A stretch of DNA of 64,000 bases from Clostridia bacterium (GTDB lineage: Bacteria > Bacillota > Clostridia > RGIG6154): contig JAZNOU010000020.1 in the NCBI GenBank assembly GCA_045589295.1, forward strand, positions 18,719 to 82,718. The letters are read 5' to 3'. The stretch's first letter is position 1; each line of letters opens with the position of its first letter. A model generated the notes under the pieces. That model was given only the letters and a program-made list of their open reading frames with translations, was not told where the DNA came from and made no database searches. Made by a program: the position numbers and the translations under genes. Shown piece after piece: positions 11,439-20,356 of this stretch.

Positions 11439-11467
11439 CACTTTTTAAAAGTTTTTCAGTTTAAAAC

Positions 11468-12637
11468 TTATTTTAAAAGTTCTGCTTTATCTGTCTTTTC
11501 CCAAGCAACATCCAAATCAACTCTTCCAATATGACCATACGCTGCAAGTTGCTTGTAAACAGGCTTTCTCAAATCAAGCTGTTTGATAATAGCAGCCGGA
11601 CGCATATCAAACACCTTTTTCACTCTGCTTACTATTTCAGTTTCTGCAATTTTTCCTGTTCCAAAAGTATCCACCATTACAGAAACAGGATTTGCTACGC
11701 CAATTGCGTACGCAAGCTGAACTTCACATTTATCTGCAAGGCCTGCTGCAACAATGTTTTTTGCAATATATCTTGCATAATACGCGCCGCTTCTGTCAAC
11801 TTTTGTCGGGTCTTTTCCTGAAAAAGCTCCGCCGCCGTGACGTGAATAGCCTCCATATGTATCAACAATAATCTTTCTTCCTGTAAGGCCTGTATCACCC
11901 TGTGGTCCGCCAATTACAAATCTTCCTGTAGGATTGATGAAAAATTTAGTATTTTCATCCAAAAGATTTTTAGGAACAGTTGTTTCAATAACTTCTCTTT
12001 TGACATCATCAAAAATTGTTTCGAGTTCAACCTCAGGATCGTGCTGAGTTGAAACAACAACCGTATCAATTCTTACAGGCTTGTCCCCTTCATACTCAAC
12101 TGTAACCTGAGTTTTTCCATCGGGTCTTAAATATTTCAATGTGCCGTCTTTTCTTACTTTTGTAAGTTTTTTAGCCAAGTTATGTGCAAGAACAATCGGC
12201 AAAGGCATAAGCTCTTCTGTTTCGTTACAAGCATATCCAAACATCATACCCTGGTCGCCTGCACCAACTTCTGCTTCAGCATCAAGATTTCCATCTTTTG
12301 CTTCCTTTGCTTTATCAACACCCAACGCAATATCTTCTGACTGCTTGTCTATTGCAACCATAATGCCACAAGAGTTCGCGTCAAAACCCATATCAGATGA
12401 AGTATAGCCTATTTCTTTTACCGCTTCTCTTGCAACTTTGGCATAGTCAACTGTTGCAGTTGTTGAGATTTCACCCATTATAACAACCATACCTGTTGTT
12501 GTGAATGTTTCGCAGGCAACTCTTGCACAAGGGTCAGTTTCATAAATAGCATCTAAAATAGAATCTGAAATTATATCACAAACTTTGTCAGGATGTCCTT
12601 CTGTAACAGATTCAGATGTAAAAAGTCTTTTTTCCAT
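11468..12637 (-). CDS. metK: S-adenosylmethionine synthetase
   Basis: [25 protein letters not shown]. Confidence 0.98.
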   Translation of the reverse strand: MEKRLFTSESVTEGHPDKVCDIISDSILDAIYETDPCARVACETFTTTGMVVIMGEISTTATVDYAKVAREAVKEIGYTSSDMGFDANSCGIMVAIDKQSEDIALGVDKAKEAKDGNLDAEAEVGAGDQGMMFGYACNETEELMPLPIVLAHNLAKKLTKVRKDGTLKYLRPDGKTQVTVEYEGDKPVRIDTVVVSTQHDPEVELETIFDDVKREVIETTVPKNLLDENTKFFINPTGRFVIGGPQGDTGLTGRKIIVDTYGGYSRHGGGAFSGKDPTKVDRSGAYYARYIAKNIVAAGLADKCEVQLAYAIGVANPVSVMVDTFGTGKIAETEIVSRVKKVFDMRPAAIIKQLDLRKPVYKQLAAYGHIGRVDLDVAWEKTDKAELLK

Positions 12638-12655
12638 ATTAAAAAGCTCCTTTCT

Positions 12656-13117
12656 TTAAATCAAATGATAGCTCAAGAATGTAACAATCGCGCCCGCAAC
12701 TGCAACACCTAATGCTATCCAAGGAACAGAATATTTCATTCTCATTCCAAGTATCGCAGCAATCATTGCACCTGTCCACGCTCCTGTACCTGGAGCAGGG
12801 ATTGCGACAAAAACAAAAAGTGCAATTCCTGAATATTTGAGCACAGTTTCTGCTTTTTTCATTGTCCTTTTTTCCATCCAGTCAATGAACTTAACAAAAA
12901 ACTTACTTCTCCTGATAAAACCAAAGATAGGTTTCATATATGCAATTATGAATGGTACGGGGAATATATTTCCAAGCACGCATAATATATATGCAAGCTG
13001 CCATGGCACATCATAAGCAATTGCAATTGGAATTGCCCCTCTTAATTCAACAATGGGTACCATTGAAATGCCGAAAACAACTAAAAGTTCCTGCCACATC
13101 TCCATTATATAATTCAT
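12656..13117 (-). CDS. Small multidrug export family membrane protein (COG2426-like)
   Basis: ISMVPIVELRGAIP, FVAIPAPGTGAWTG. Confidence 0.85.
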   Translation of the reverse strand: MNYIMEMWQELLVVFGISMVPIVELRGAIPIAIAYDVPWQLAYILCVLGNIFPVPFIIAYMKPIFGFIRRSKFFVKFIDWMEKRTMKKAETVLKYSGIALFVFVAIPAPGTGAWTGAMIAAILGMRMKYSVPWIALGVAVAGAIVTFLSYHLI

Positions 13118-13196
13118 AACATTATCTCCATATCCATCATTTATCTTTTCCAAATGGTTATTATACTATATTTTTTCATTTTTTGCAACTATTTTT

Positions 13197-14618
13197 CTAA
13201 AATTTACATCTTACCGTAACAATCTGCACTTTAGGTTCTTTATCAAAATCAGCTATTACTTTCAATATTGAAGGCGTACCAATAAGCCTTAAAGTAATTT
13301 CAAGGTCTTTTTTTGTGTTCCATATTGCAGTTGCAACCGTATCTGAATTGTCTGATTTTTCAAGGACAGCAAAATTAGTTCCCACAGTTTTTCCGTAAAC
13401 TGGTTTATTAAATCCTGCCGTAAACTGAAAATCCTTTTCATCTGAAATTAAAGTAACAAGCACCTCATCCTTATCAAAGTTGAATTTAGCGGCTTTATAT
13501 ATACATTTTTTAGGAATTTCATAAATATTTCCGTTTATGATATTAGCAATAGGCGACATTTCAGAAAACTTATAAGTTGTACGTAGGTTTGCAAGAATAT
13601 TCTCCAGTTTTTCAAAACTTTTGGCATCTTCCTCAAGTGATCCGGATTGCATATTAAACATAATGTTTTCGTAAAACGAATCTAATATATAGCTAAGCTG
13701 TTTGTTGTCGTATCCTGAATTTACAACAAACACTGCATCATAGTCAGGCATTATCACACACATTTGTCCAAAGGCACCACACAAACGTGTGGTATTATAT
13801 CTTCCTTTCCAGAGCTGGTAGCAATAACCTTGCTGCCAATCTACACCTGTGCCGCAATTTTCTGTTGAAATATGTTTTTGCATAGCAGTTTCTATCCAAT
13901 TCTTAGATATAAGCTGTTTTCCATTCCACACTCCGCCATTAAGATAAAAATGCCCAATCTTTGCCAAGTCACGTGCTTTCATACGCATACCTGTATAACC
14001 TATATTAATACCTATTTCATCCTTTATGTAATACGGCTTGTCTATATCTAATGGTTCGAATAATCTTGGCATAAGGTATTCAACAACATTCATGCCTGTG
14101 AGTTTTTTTACAAGAGCTGCGAGCATATATGTACCATAAGCATCATAGCGAAACTCTTTACCGCACTCAATATCATTGTTTCTGTAAAAGAAGTCATAAA
14201 ACATAATGTCGGACATATCGCCTCTGTTCTGACTTTCGTGAACAGCACCCCCTTGCTGTCCAAACGACATACAAAGCAAGTCGTGAATTTTTATTTTAAA
14301 GTTCTCTTTGTTTACATCTTCAGTAATCAATTCAGGGAAATATGTATACATGTAATCATCAATATTTATTTTGCCTTCTTCGACTAAAAAACCTATAGCC
14401 ATACTGGTAAAGGATTTGCTTACAGAAAAAAGCGAATGTTCTGTTTCACTATTGTAAGGGGCAAAATACCCCTCACAAACTAATTTACCGTGCCTTAAAA
14501 GCACAAATGAATGTGTTTCAAGTGTATCAGGCACCTGACACAGTGCATCAATAAAATCAATAATATTTTTCGAGCTTATTCCACAAGACTCGGGGGTGGC
14601 TTTTTCAAAAAAACTCAC
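13197..14618 (-). CDS. Serine hydrolase, beta-lactamase class C-like fold
   Basis: SVSKS (SxxK), EFRY, MKARDLAKIG, YCYQLW; no signal peptide. Confidence 0.8.
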   Translation of the reverse strand: MSFFEKATPESCGISSKNIIDFIDALCQVPDTLETHSFVLLRHGKLVCEGYFAPYNSETEHSLFSVSKSFTSMAIGFLVEEGKINIDDYMYTYFPELITEDVNKENFKIKIHDLLCMSFGQQGGAVHESQNRGDMSDIMFYDFFYRNNDIECGKEFRYDAYGTYMLAALVKKLTGMNVVEYLMPRLFEPLDIDKPYYIKDEIGINIGYTGMRMKARDLAKIGHFYLNGGVWNGKQLISKNWIETAMQKHISTENCGTGVDWQQGYCYQLWKGRYNTTRLCGAFGQMCVIMPDYDAVFVVNSGYDNKQLSYILDSFYENIMFNMQSGSLEEDAKSFEKLENILANLRTTYKFSEMSPIANIINGNIYEIPKKCIYKAAKFNFDKDEVLVTLISDEKDFQFTAGFNKPVYGKTVGTNFAVLEKSDNSDTVATAIWNTKKDLEITLRLIGTPSILKVIADFDKEPKVQIVTVRCKF

Positions 14619-14674
14619 GAATCATTCCTCCATTATTAATCTTTTGTAAAATTTCACACATATAGCGTTAATAA

Positions 14675-15664
14675 TTAAACAACAATTGCATCAATTTCAT
14701 CAAGTTCTTCTTTTGCAAATTTAATATTGTCAGTCATTTTAAGATTTTCTCTTATTTGCTCAGGTTTTGAAGCACCAATCAAAACGCTTGTTATACCTTC
14801 TTTACTGTAAACCCACGACAATGCCATTTGCGCAAGAGTTTGTCCTCTTCTTTCAGCAATCTTATTTAACTTTTCTATTTTTTCAATCTTTTCACCAGAT
14901 ATAGAGTTTTCGTTTAAAAATCTGCCGTCTGTTTTTACTCTGCTGTCACCTGGAATTCCATTTAAATATCTGTCAGAAAGCAGCCCCTGAGCAAGAGGAC
15001 TGAAAATTATCATACCTTTTTTTAATTCAATTGCACTTTTAAGTATTCCGTTTTTCTCAACTGTTCTGTCAAAAATCGAATATCTGTTTTGATTAATTAC
15101 AAAAGGGCAATGAAGTTCATTCAGTATACTTGCCGCTTTTTTCATAGTTTCACCATCATAGTTTGACAATCCCACATAAAGTGCCTTGCCGCTTTTTACT
15201 ATGCTGTCAAGTGCCCACATAGTTTCATAAAGCGGTGTGTCAAAATCCATTCTGTGATGGTAAAAAATATCAACATAGTCAACATTCATTCTTTTCAGGC
15301 TTTGGTCAAGGCTTGCAGTTAAATATTTTTTACTTCCATTATCCCCATACGGACCGGGCCACATATAATATCCCGCTTTTGTGCTGATTATCATTTCATC
15401 ACGATAATTTTTCAAATGATTTCCAAGTATCTTGCCAAAATTAATTTCTGCACTTCCTGGCTCAGGACCGTAGTTATTCGCTAAATCAAAATGTGTAATT
15501 CCATTATCAAACGCAGTAAAACACATTTTACACATATTGTCATAGTCAGCATTATCTCCGAAATTATGCCATAACCCCAATGACACTGCCGGAAGCTTTA
15601 ATCCACTTTCACCGCATTTCCTATACTCAGCAGTTTCGTATCTTTTTGAATTTGCAATATGCAT
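14675..15664 (-). CDS. Aldo/keto reductase (YghZ/MgrA-like)
   Basis: SLGLWHNFG, FDLANNYGP, STKAGY, SPLAQGLL. Confidence 0.9.
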   Translation of the reverse strand: MHIANSKRYETAEYRKCGESGLKLPAVSLGLWHNFGDNADYDNMCKMCFTAFDNGITHFDLANNYGPEPGSAEINFGKILGNHLKNYRDEMIISTKAGYYMWPGPYGDNGSKKYLTASLDQSLKRMNVDYVDIFYHHRMDFDTPLYETMWALDSIVKSGKALYVGLSNYDGETMKKAASILNELHCPFVINQNRYSIFDRTVEKNGILKSAIELKKGMIIFSPLAQGLLSDRYLNGIPGDSRVKTDGRFLNENSISGEKIEKIEKLNKIAERRGQTLAQMALSWVYSKEGITSVLIGASKPEQIRENLKMTDNIKFAKEELDEIDAIVV

Positions 15665-15822
15665 AATTACACCTCTTTTTTATGCTCTGTATATTCTCCT
15701 TTTTATGCCAGATATATACATATTTATTTTATCACAACAGACGCCAAATTTCAATGTTAAAAGTGAAAATGATTGCAATTGTACTTTGCGTGATATATAA
15801 TTAAATAAAAGGAGGTATTACT

Positions 15823-16428
15823 ATGAACAGAATTGAACTTAAAGAAATGGCAAAAGCCCAGATAAGAGGCAACATTGGTATACTTTTTGTATGCGTTTTA
15901 ATTTGCACAATAATTACAAGTGCGGTTTCTGCAATACCCAGCATAGGGACCATTGCAACAATTGCGCTCTCTGCTCCACTTGACATCGGACTTATATCCA
16001 TTTTCTTAAAGCTAAGAAATGGCGAGTCACCTAGAATAGAAGAACTTTTTAATCACTTTGATTGTTTGGCTCACGCTATTTTGCTTTATATTTTAATTGC
16101 ATTATTTTCAGCACTGTGGTCATTGCTTTTTATTATTCCCGGAATTGTTGCATATCTTTCATATTCAATGGCGCCTTATATTTTGGCAGAAAACAAAAGT
16201 CTTACCGCAATCCAGGCATTAAATGCGAGCAAGAAAATGATGGCAGGTCACAAAACTGATTTATTTGTGCTATATCTTTCTTTTATCGGCTGGGGATTTG
16301 TAGTAGCCGTTACTTTTGGCATTGCAGGAATTTACGTTTTTCCTTATATGCAGGCAACACTTGCTAATTTCTACTGCAGCATCAAAGACGGCTTTTCCCA
16401 CACATCTTTTGAAGTCTACGACGAATAA
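15823..16428 (+). CDS. DUF975 family membrane protein
   Basis: MNRIELKEMAK, LWSLLFIIPGI, YSMAPYI, PY...ANFY. Confidence 0.85.
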   Translation: MNRIELKEMAKAQIRGNIGILFVCVLICTIITSAVSAIPSIGTIATIALSAPLDIGLISIFLKLRNGESPRIEELFNHFDCLAHAILLYILIALFSALWSLLFIIPGIVAYLSYSMAPYILAENKSLTAIQALNASKKMMAGHKTDLFVLYLSFIGWGFVVAVTFGIAGIYVFPYMQATLANFYCSIKDGFSHTSFEVYDE

Positions 16429-16444
16429 CTACTAACAAAAATCA

Positions 16445-16470
16445 AAGCCACCTTAAAGGTGGCTTATTTT
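16445..16470. terminator. Terminator between convergent genes
   Basis: AAGCCACC-TTAAA-GGTGGCTT with A/T runs. Confidence 0.7.
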
Positions 16471-17297
16471 TATGCGTTTTCAATTACTGAAATTGTTTCA
16501 TCCAACAAGTTTGTTTCAATTTCTTCAATCTTACCTTGGTCGCATTTTGCTGCAAATTCGGGATTGATAGGAAGCTGAGCTAAAACTTTCAAGCTGTATT
16601 CCTTAGCTACTTCATCAATCTTACTCTTGCCGAAAACATCAATTTTTTTGCCACAATCAGGGCACTGTAAATAACTGTAGTTTTCAACAAGTCCCAAAAC
16701 AGGGATATTCATAAGGTATGCCATTTTAACAGCTTTACCTACAATCATTGAAACCAAATCCTGAGGTGAGGTTACAATGATAATCCCGTCTAACGGAAGG
16801 CTCTGGAAAACTGTAAGAGCAACATCACCTGTTCCCGGAGGCATATCAACAAACATATAATCAACATCATTCCACACAACATCTGTCCAGAACTGTTTAA
16901 CCGCACCTGCAATAACGGGTCCGCGCCACACAACCGGGTCTGTTTCTTCGGGAAGCAGAAGATTTGTTGACATAATCTGAATTCCACCCTCACTTGTAAC
17001 AGGAATAAGACCTGTATCATCACCTGTTGCTTTTTCTTTTATTCCAAATGCTTTGGGGATTGAGGGTCCTGTAATATCAGCATCTAAAATAGCTGTCTGA
17101 AAACCTTTTTTATTCATTTTTGACGCAAGTAAAGATGTTACCAAAGATTTACCTACTCCACCTTTACCGCTTATAACACCAATAACCTTTTTAACGCTTG
17201 ATTTTTCGTTTAAAGGTTCAATTAAACTTGCAGGTTCTCTGCTTGAACAGTTTGAACTGCAAGTGCTGCAATCGTGTGTACATTCACTCATTTCCAT
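16470..17297 (-). CDS. Mrp/NBP35 family Fe-S cluster carrier ATPase
   Basis: N-terminal Cys cluster, GKGGVGKS, DADITGPS, DMPPGTGD, CPDC. Confidence 0.93.
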   Translation of the reverse strand: MEMSECTHDCSTCSSNCSSREPASLIEPLNEKSSVKKVIGVISGKGGVGKSLVTSLLASKMNKKGFQTAILDADITGPSIPKAFGIKEKATGDDTGLIPVTSEGGIQIMSTNLLLPEETDPVVWRGPVIAGAVKQFWTDVVWNDVDYMFVDMPPGTGDVALTVFQSLPLDGIIIVTSPQDLVSMIVGKAVKMAYLMNIPVLGLVENYSYLQCPDCGKKIDVFGKSKIDEVAKEYSLKVLAQLPINPEFAAKCDQGKIEEIETNLLDETISVIENA

Positions 17298-17306
17298 CTT
17301 CCTTTC

Positions 17307-18518
17307 TTATCTTTTATAAGCTTCTTCAAAGAAATACTCAAAATACTGACCAAAATCAATTCCCGAAATCACTCTGTCTTTATAAGCATCTCTTAAGTTT
17401 ACCAATGCACGTTTTAAAGAATCGCCCTCAATACCATTTCTCATTGAAAGATACGCCTCTAAGTATGCTGATAAATGGTCGCATGCTCTTATAATCTTGC
17501 CATCAATCGGATTAAAGATTTTTTCGTTATACTTTTCTGTAATTTCTTCTGATGAAACAGTTTGAATTTTTCCGTTTTTAGTAATTTTTGAAGAAAATTC
17601 ATCATTGGTGTAATATTCAAGTTGCTCTGTCCAATTATTTGGAATAAGCGGATAAATAATATCCCTCATATGACTTTCTTCAATTTCTTTTATGATTTCA
17701 TCAAGACCCTCAACACCATTTTTAACCGGTGATATTATGTCTCTTGTTAAAACTTCGGGCAAATCATGAAAAAGTGCACCAAAGAAGTTGTTTTCTATTC
17801 GCTTGTTGCATCCGTTTGTTTCTAAAGTGAAAAAGTATGATAAAACCGCAACCACAAAAGTATGTGCCATAACAGAAGTCTGCGGAATTCTTGCCGTCGC
17901 TGTCCATCTTTGCTGAAACCTTAGCTGTCCAATCAAATTCAAAAAATTTGTAAGTTCAGGTGTCTGATAAAACAAGCGTTTGCCTTCAAACCATTTACAT
18001 CTTGCAAGACCTTCATTAACTTCATTTTTAGTCTTCTCAATGTTATACATACTGATATTCAAAGGATAAATTATATCAAATTCCCACTTAGTAGCCAAAT
18101 AGTGCGCAAATCTTATTATGTCACGCTCTACAGAGCTATAGTTAATATCAGTAAAATAAAGATGCATATTTCGCTTAAAATCGCCCTTTATTTCATCTAA
18201 ATAGGGTGCGAGCTCTTTTTCGACATATTCGTCTATTTTATAGCCCATTTCTTTTTTAAGTTTATGATAAATGGGAGGCTTTATATCTGTCAAAATTACC
18301 CTGTGCAAAAATTCAGCAATAATACCTTCAATAAGCTTGACATAATCTACCTTTCCGCCTGCATCTTCGTGGCATTTTGCAAGAACAAAGGCATAAAAAG
18401 TTTTATGCGCCTGCTTGTCCATTTCCACAAAGCCTGTTCCCGGTCTTATATGGTCGTTCCATCTCTGGATAACAGTAGCATCGTGTATTAAAGTTATAAG
18501 TTCAGGTTTAAACACCAA
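17307..18518 (-). CDS. HD-domain phosphohydrolase with tandem YfbR-like halves
   Basis: QRWND / QQRWT, SVMAH, FHDLPEVLTRDI, ACD. Confidence 0.8.
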   Translation of the reverse strand: MVFKPELITLIHDATVIQRWNDHIRPGTGFVEMDKQAHKTFYAFVLAKCHEDAGGKVDYVKLIEGIIAEFLHRVILTDIKPPIYHKLKKEMGYKIDEYVEKELAPYLDEIKGDFKRNMHLYFTDINYSSVERDIIRFAHYLATKWEFDIIYPLNISMYNIEKTKNEVNEGLARCKWFEGKRLFYQTPELTNFLNLIGQLRFQQRWTATARIPQTSVMAHTFVVAVLSYFFTLETNGCNKRIENNFFGALFHDLPEVLTRDIISPVKNGVEGLDEIIKEIEESHMRDIIYPLIPNNWTEQLEYYTNDEFSSKITKNGKIQTVSSEEITEKYNEKIFNPIDGKIIRACDHLSAYLEAYLSMRNGIEGDSLKRALVNLRDAYKDRVISGIDFGQYFEYFFEEAYKR

Positions 18519-18574
18519 AACACCACCCTTTCAACATCTTAAAAATTTTATCACATACTTAATTGTTTGTCAAA

Positions 18575-18602
18575 CATAAAAACATACTCATTTGCATATA
18601 TT
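18575..18602 (+). promoter_or_regulatory. Possible sporulation (SigE/SigG-like) promoter
   Basis: CATA-N16-CATATATT upstream of ylmC-like gene. Confidence 0.45.
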
Positions 18603-18628
18603 TTACTATATTGCAAAGGAGGATTTTT

Positions 18629-18895
18629 ATGAACAAAACATCAGATTTCAGACAAAAAGAAGTAATAAACATTTATGACGGAAAACGCCTTGGATATGTA
18701 TGTGATGTTGATATTGATATATCAACAGGAAAACTAAACGCTATCATTATTCCTGGCAGAGCAAAATTTTTGGGTTTTTTAGGTGCTGTTGAGGATTATG
18801 TTATCCCCTGGAATAATATAAAGACAGTCGGCGAGGATATAATTTTAGTTGATTATATCATACCGTCCGAAGTTTCAACGTTAAAACATGCTTAG
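18629..18895 (+). CDS. YlmC/YmxH family PRC-barrel sporulation protein
   Basis: SDFRQKEVINIYDGKRLG, IPWNNIKTVGEDIILV; AGGAGG RBS. Confidence 0.9.
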   Translation: MNKTSDFRQKEVINIYDGKRLGYVCDVDIDISTGKLNAIIIPGRAKFLGFLGAVEDYVIPWNNIKTVGEDIILVDYIIPSEVSTLKHA

Positions 18896-19650
18896 TTTTC
18901 TAAAATATTCAGATTTCTTATTAAAACTTGCTTACCGCGCCAAGAAAAAGCGCGGTTTTGATATTTTTCTTTAAATTCCCTATTTGAAAGCCCTTCAAAA
19001 TCACTTTTTTTAATGCTTGTAATTCTGTTGGTTTTAAAATCTTCAAGAGGTGTAATTTTAAAATCATTCATTGGGCAAACCATCTGGCATACATCGCAAC
19101 CAAATGCACATTTACTTTCTTTTATAAGACTTTTTTCAAATTCCGAAAGCTCACCTTTTTTCTGTGTTATGTGTGACACACATTTTGTAAAATCCTTGTT
19201 TTCAAGCGCACCTGAAGGACATTTTTTTATACACTTGTTACAATTCATACACTCATTTTTTAAAGGCTTGTCTATCTTAAGCGGCATATCTGTCATAACA
19301 TAACCTATGAAATGAAATGTGCCATATTTATCATTAATCAAAAGTCCATTTTTGCCTATAACACCCAGCCCTGCACTGTATGCAAGCATAATATCATTAT
19401 TAGGACTTACGTCAACATAAATTTCTGTTTTAAAATCGCCTTGGGTTTTAATAAACTGTGCAACCTTTTCTAAATATTTCTTTACGATAATATGATAATC
19501 TTCAGAATATGCGTAAACAGATATGTTCGAGTTACATTCTTTACCTGTGTAGTACGGAAAAAGCATTACCACGGCATAAAAATCACCCGCTTTGCAAAAA
19601 CCAAAGCGGTCAATTCCCATATTTAAGATATGTTCACTCAAACTCTTCAT
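18892..19650 (-). CDS. queG: Epoxyqueuosine reductase QueG-like Fe-S protein
   Basis: DYH, AGLGVIGKN, YGTFHFIG, CMNCNKCIKKCP, GCDVCQMVCP. Confidence 0.75.
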   Translation of the reverse strand: MKSLSEHILNMGIDRFGFCKAGDFYAVVMLFPYYTGKECNSNISVYAYSEDYHIIVKKYLEKVAQFIKTQGDFKTEIYVDVSPNNDIMLAYSAGLGVIGKNGLLINDKYGTFHFIGYVMTDMPLKIDKPLKNECMNCNKCIKKCPSGALENKDFTKCVSHITQKKGELSEFEKSLIKESKCAFGCDVCQMVCPMNDFKITPLEDFKTNRITSIKKSDFEGLSNREFKEKYQNRAFSWRGKQVLIRNLNILEN

Positions 19651-20356
19651 TTATATTCACCGTAATAATTCCTACGTATATTTGCTTACATCCTGCTTTT
19701 TTGAGCATTTTAGCACTTTCATCTATGGTTGCACCCGTTGTATAAACATCATCTATCAACAAAACTTTGTCATACTTTCCGCCCTTATAAATAATTTTAT
19801 CTTTAAGATTTGTTTTTCTTAATTTTGCACTTAGTTTATTTTGCGAGACCGTGCCTTCCTTTTTAAACAAAAGTTCTTTATAAGGAATGCCTGAAAGTTT
19901 GCTTACAACTTTGCACAAATCTTTGGTATGCTCTGTCCTTAGATTTATCCCATTGGTTTTCCCCGACGGTGCAGGAATAATTATATCAAATTTAGTTTCC
20001 AAATTATATTCTTTTATTCTGTCCCAGAGCATTCTTCCTAAACTGTTTGCTATCTCTGTCCTTTGCCCAAACTTGTACTTTTTTATTATTTCAGAACACA
20101 CATCATCATATATAAGCGGAGAAATAATATACTCAAATCTGACATTTTCACCCGCGCAATATTTACAGTGAGGTATGTAAGCATTTATATCCATAGGTTT
20201 TTTGCAAACAGGGCAGACTCTTAAAGGACTTATTTTTATAATTTTCTTACACTTTTGACATATATGAGGATAGTCTTTGTCTACATCAACAAGCTCATCG
20301 CAACACATACATTTGGGTGGAAAGAAAATTCTGGTGATTTTTTCTAAAATTGTCAT
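19634..20356 (-). CDS. ComF family protein (Zn finger + PRTase)
   Basis: FFPPKCMCC, further CxxC pairs, LLIDDVYTTGAT. Confidence 0.9.
   Translation of the reverse strand: MTILEKITRIFFPPKCMCCDELVDVDKDYPHICQKCKKIIKISPLRVCPVCKKPMDINAYIPHCKYCAGENVRFEYIISPLIYDDVCSEIIKKYKFGQRTEIANSLGRMLWDRIKEYNLETKFDIIIPAPSGKTNGINLRTEHTKDLCKVVSKLSGIPYKELLFKKEGTVSQNKLSAKLRKTNLKDKIIYKGGKYDKVLLIDDVYTTGATIDESAKMLKKAGCKQIYVGIITVNINEEFE

Noticed and set aside
11378-11467. oriC upstream of rpmH
   Set aside because: Only 90 bp, at most one mismatched DnaA-box-like 9-mer, and no dnaA.
13197-14618. Antibiotic-resistance beta-lactamase
   Set aside because: No signal peptide and non-canonical motifs; the fold alone is insufficient.
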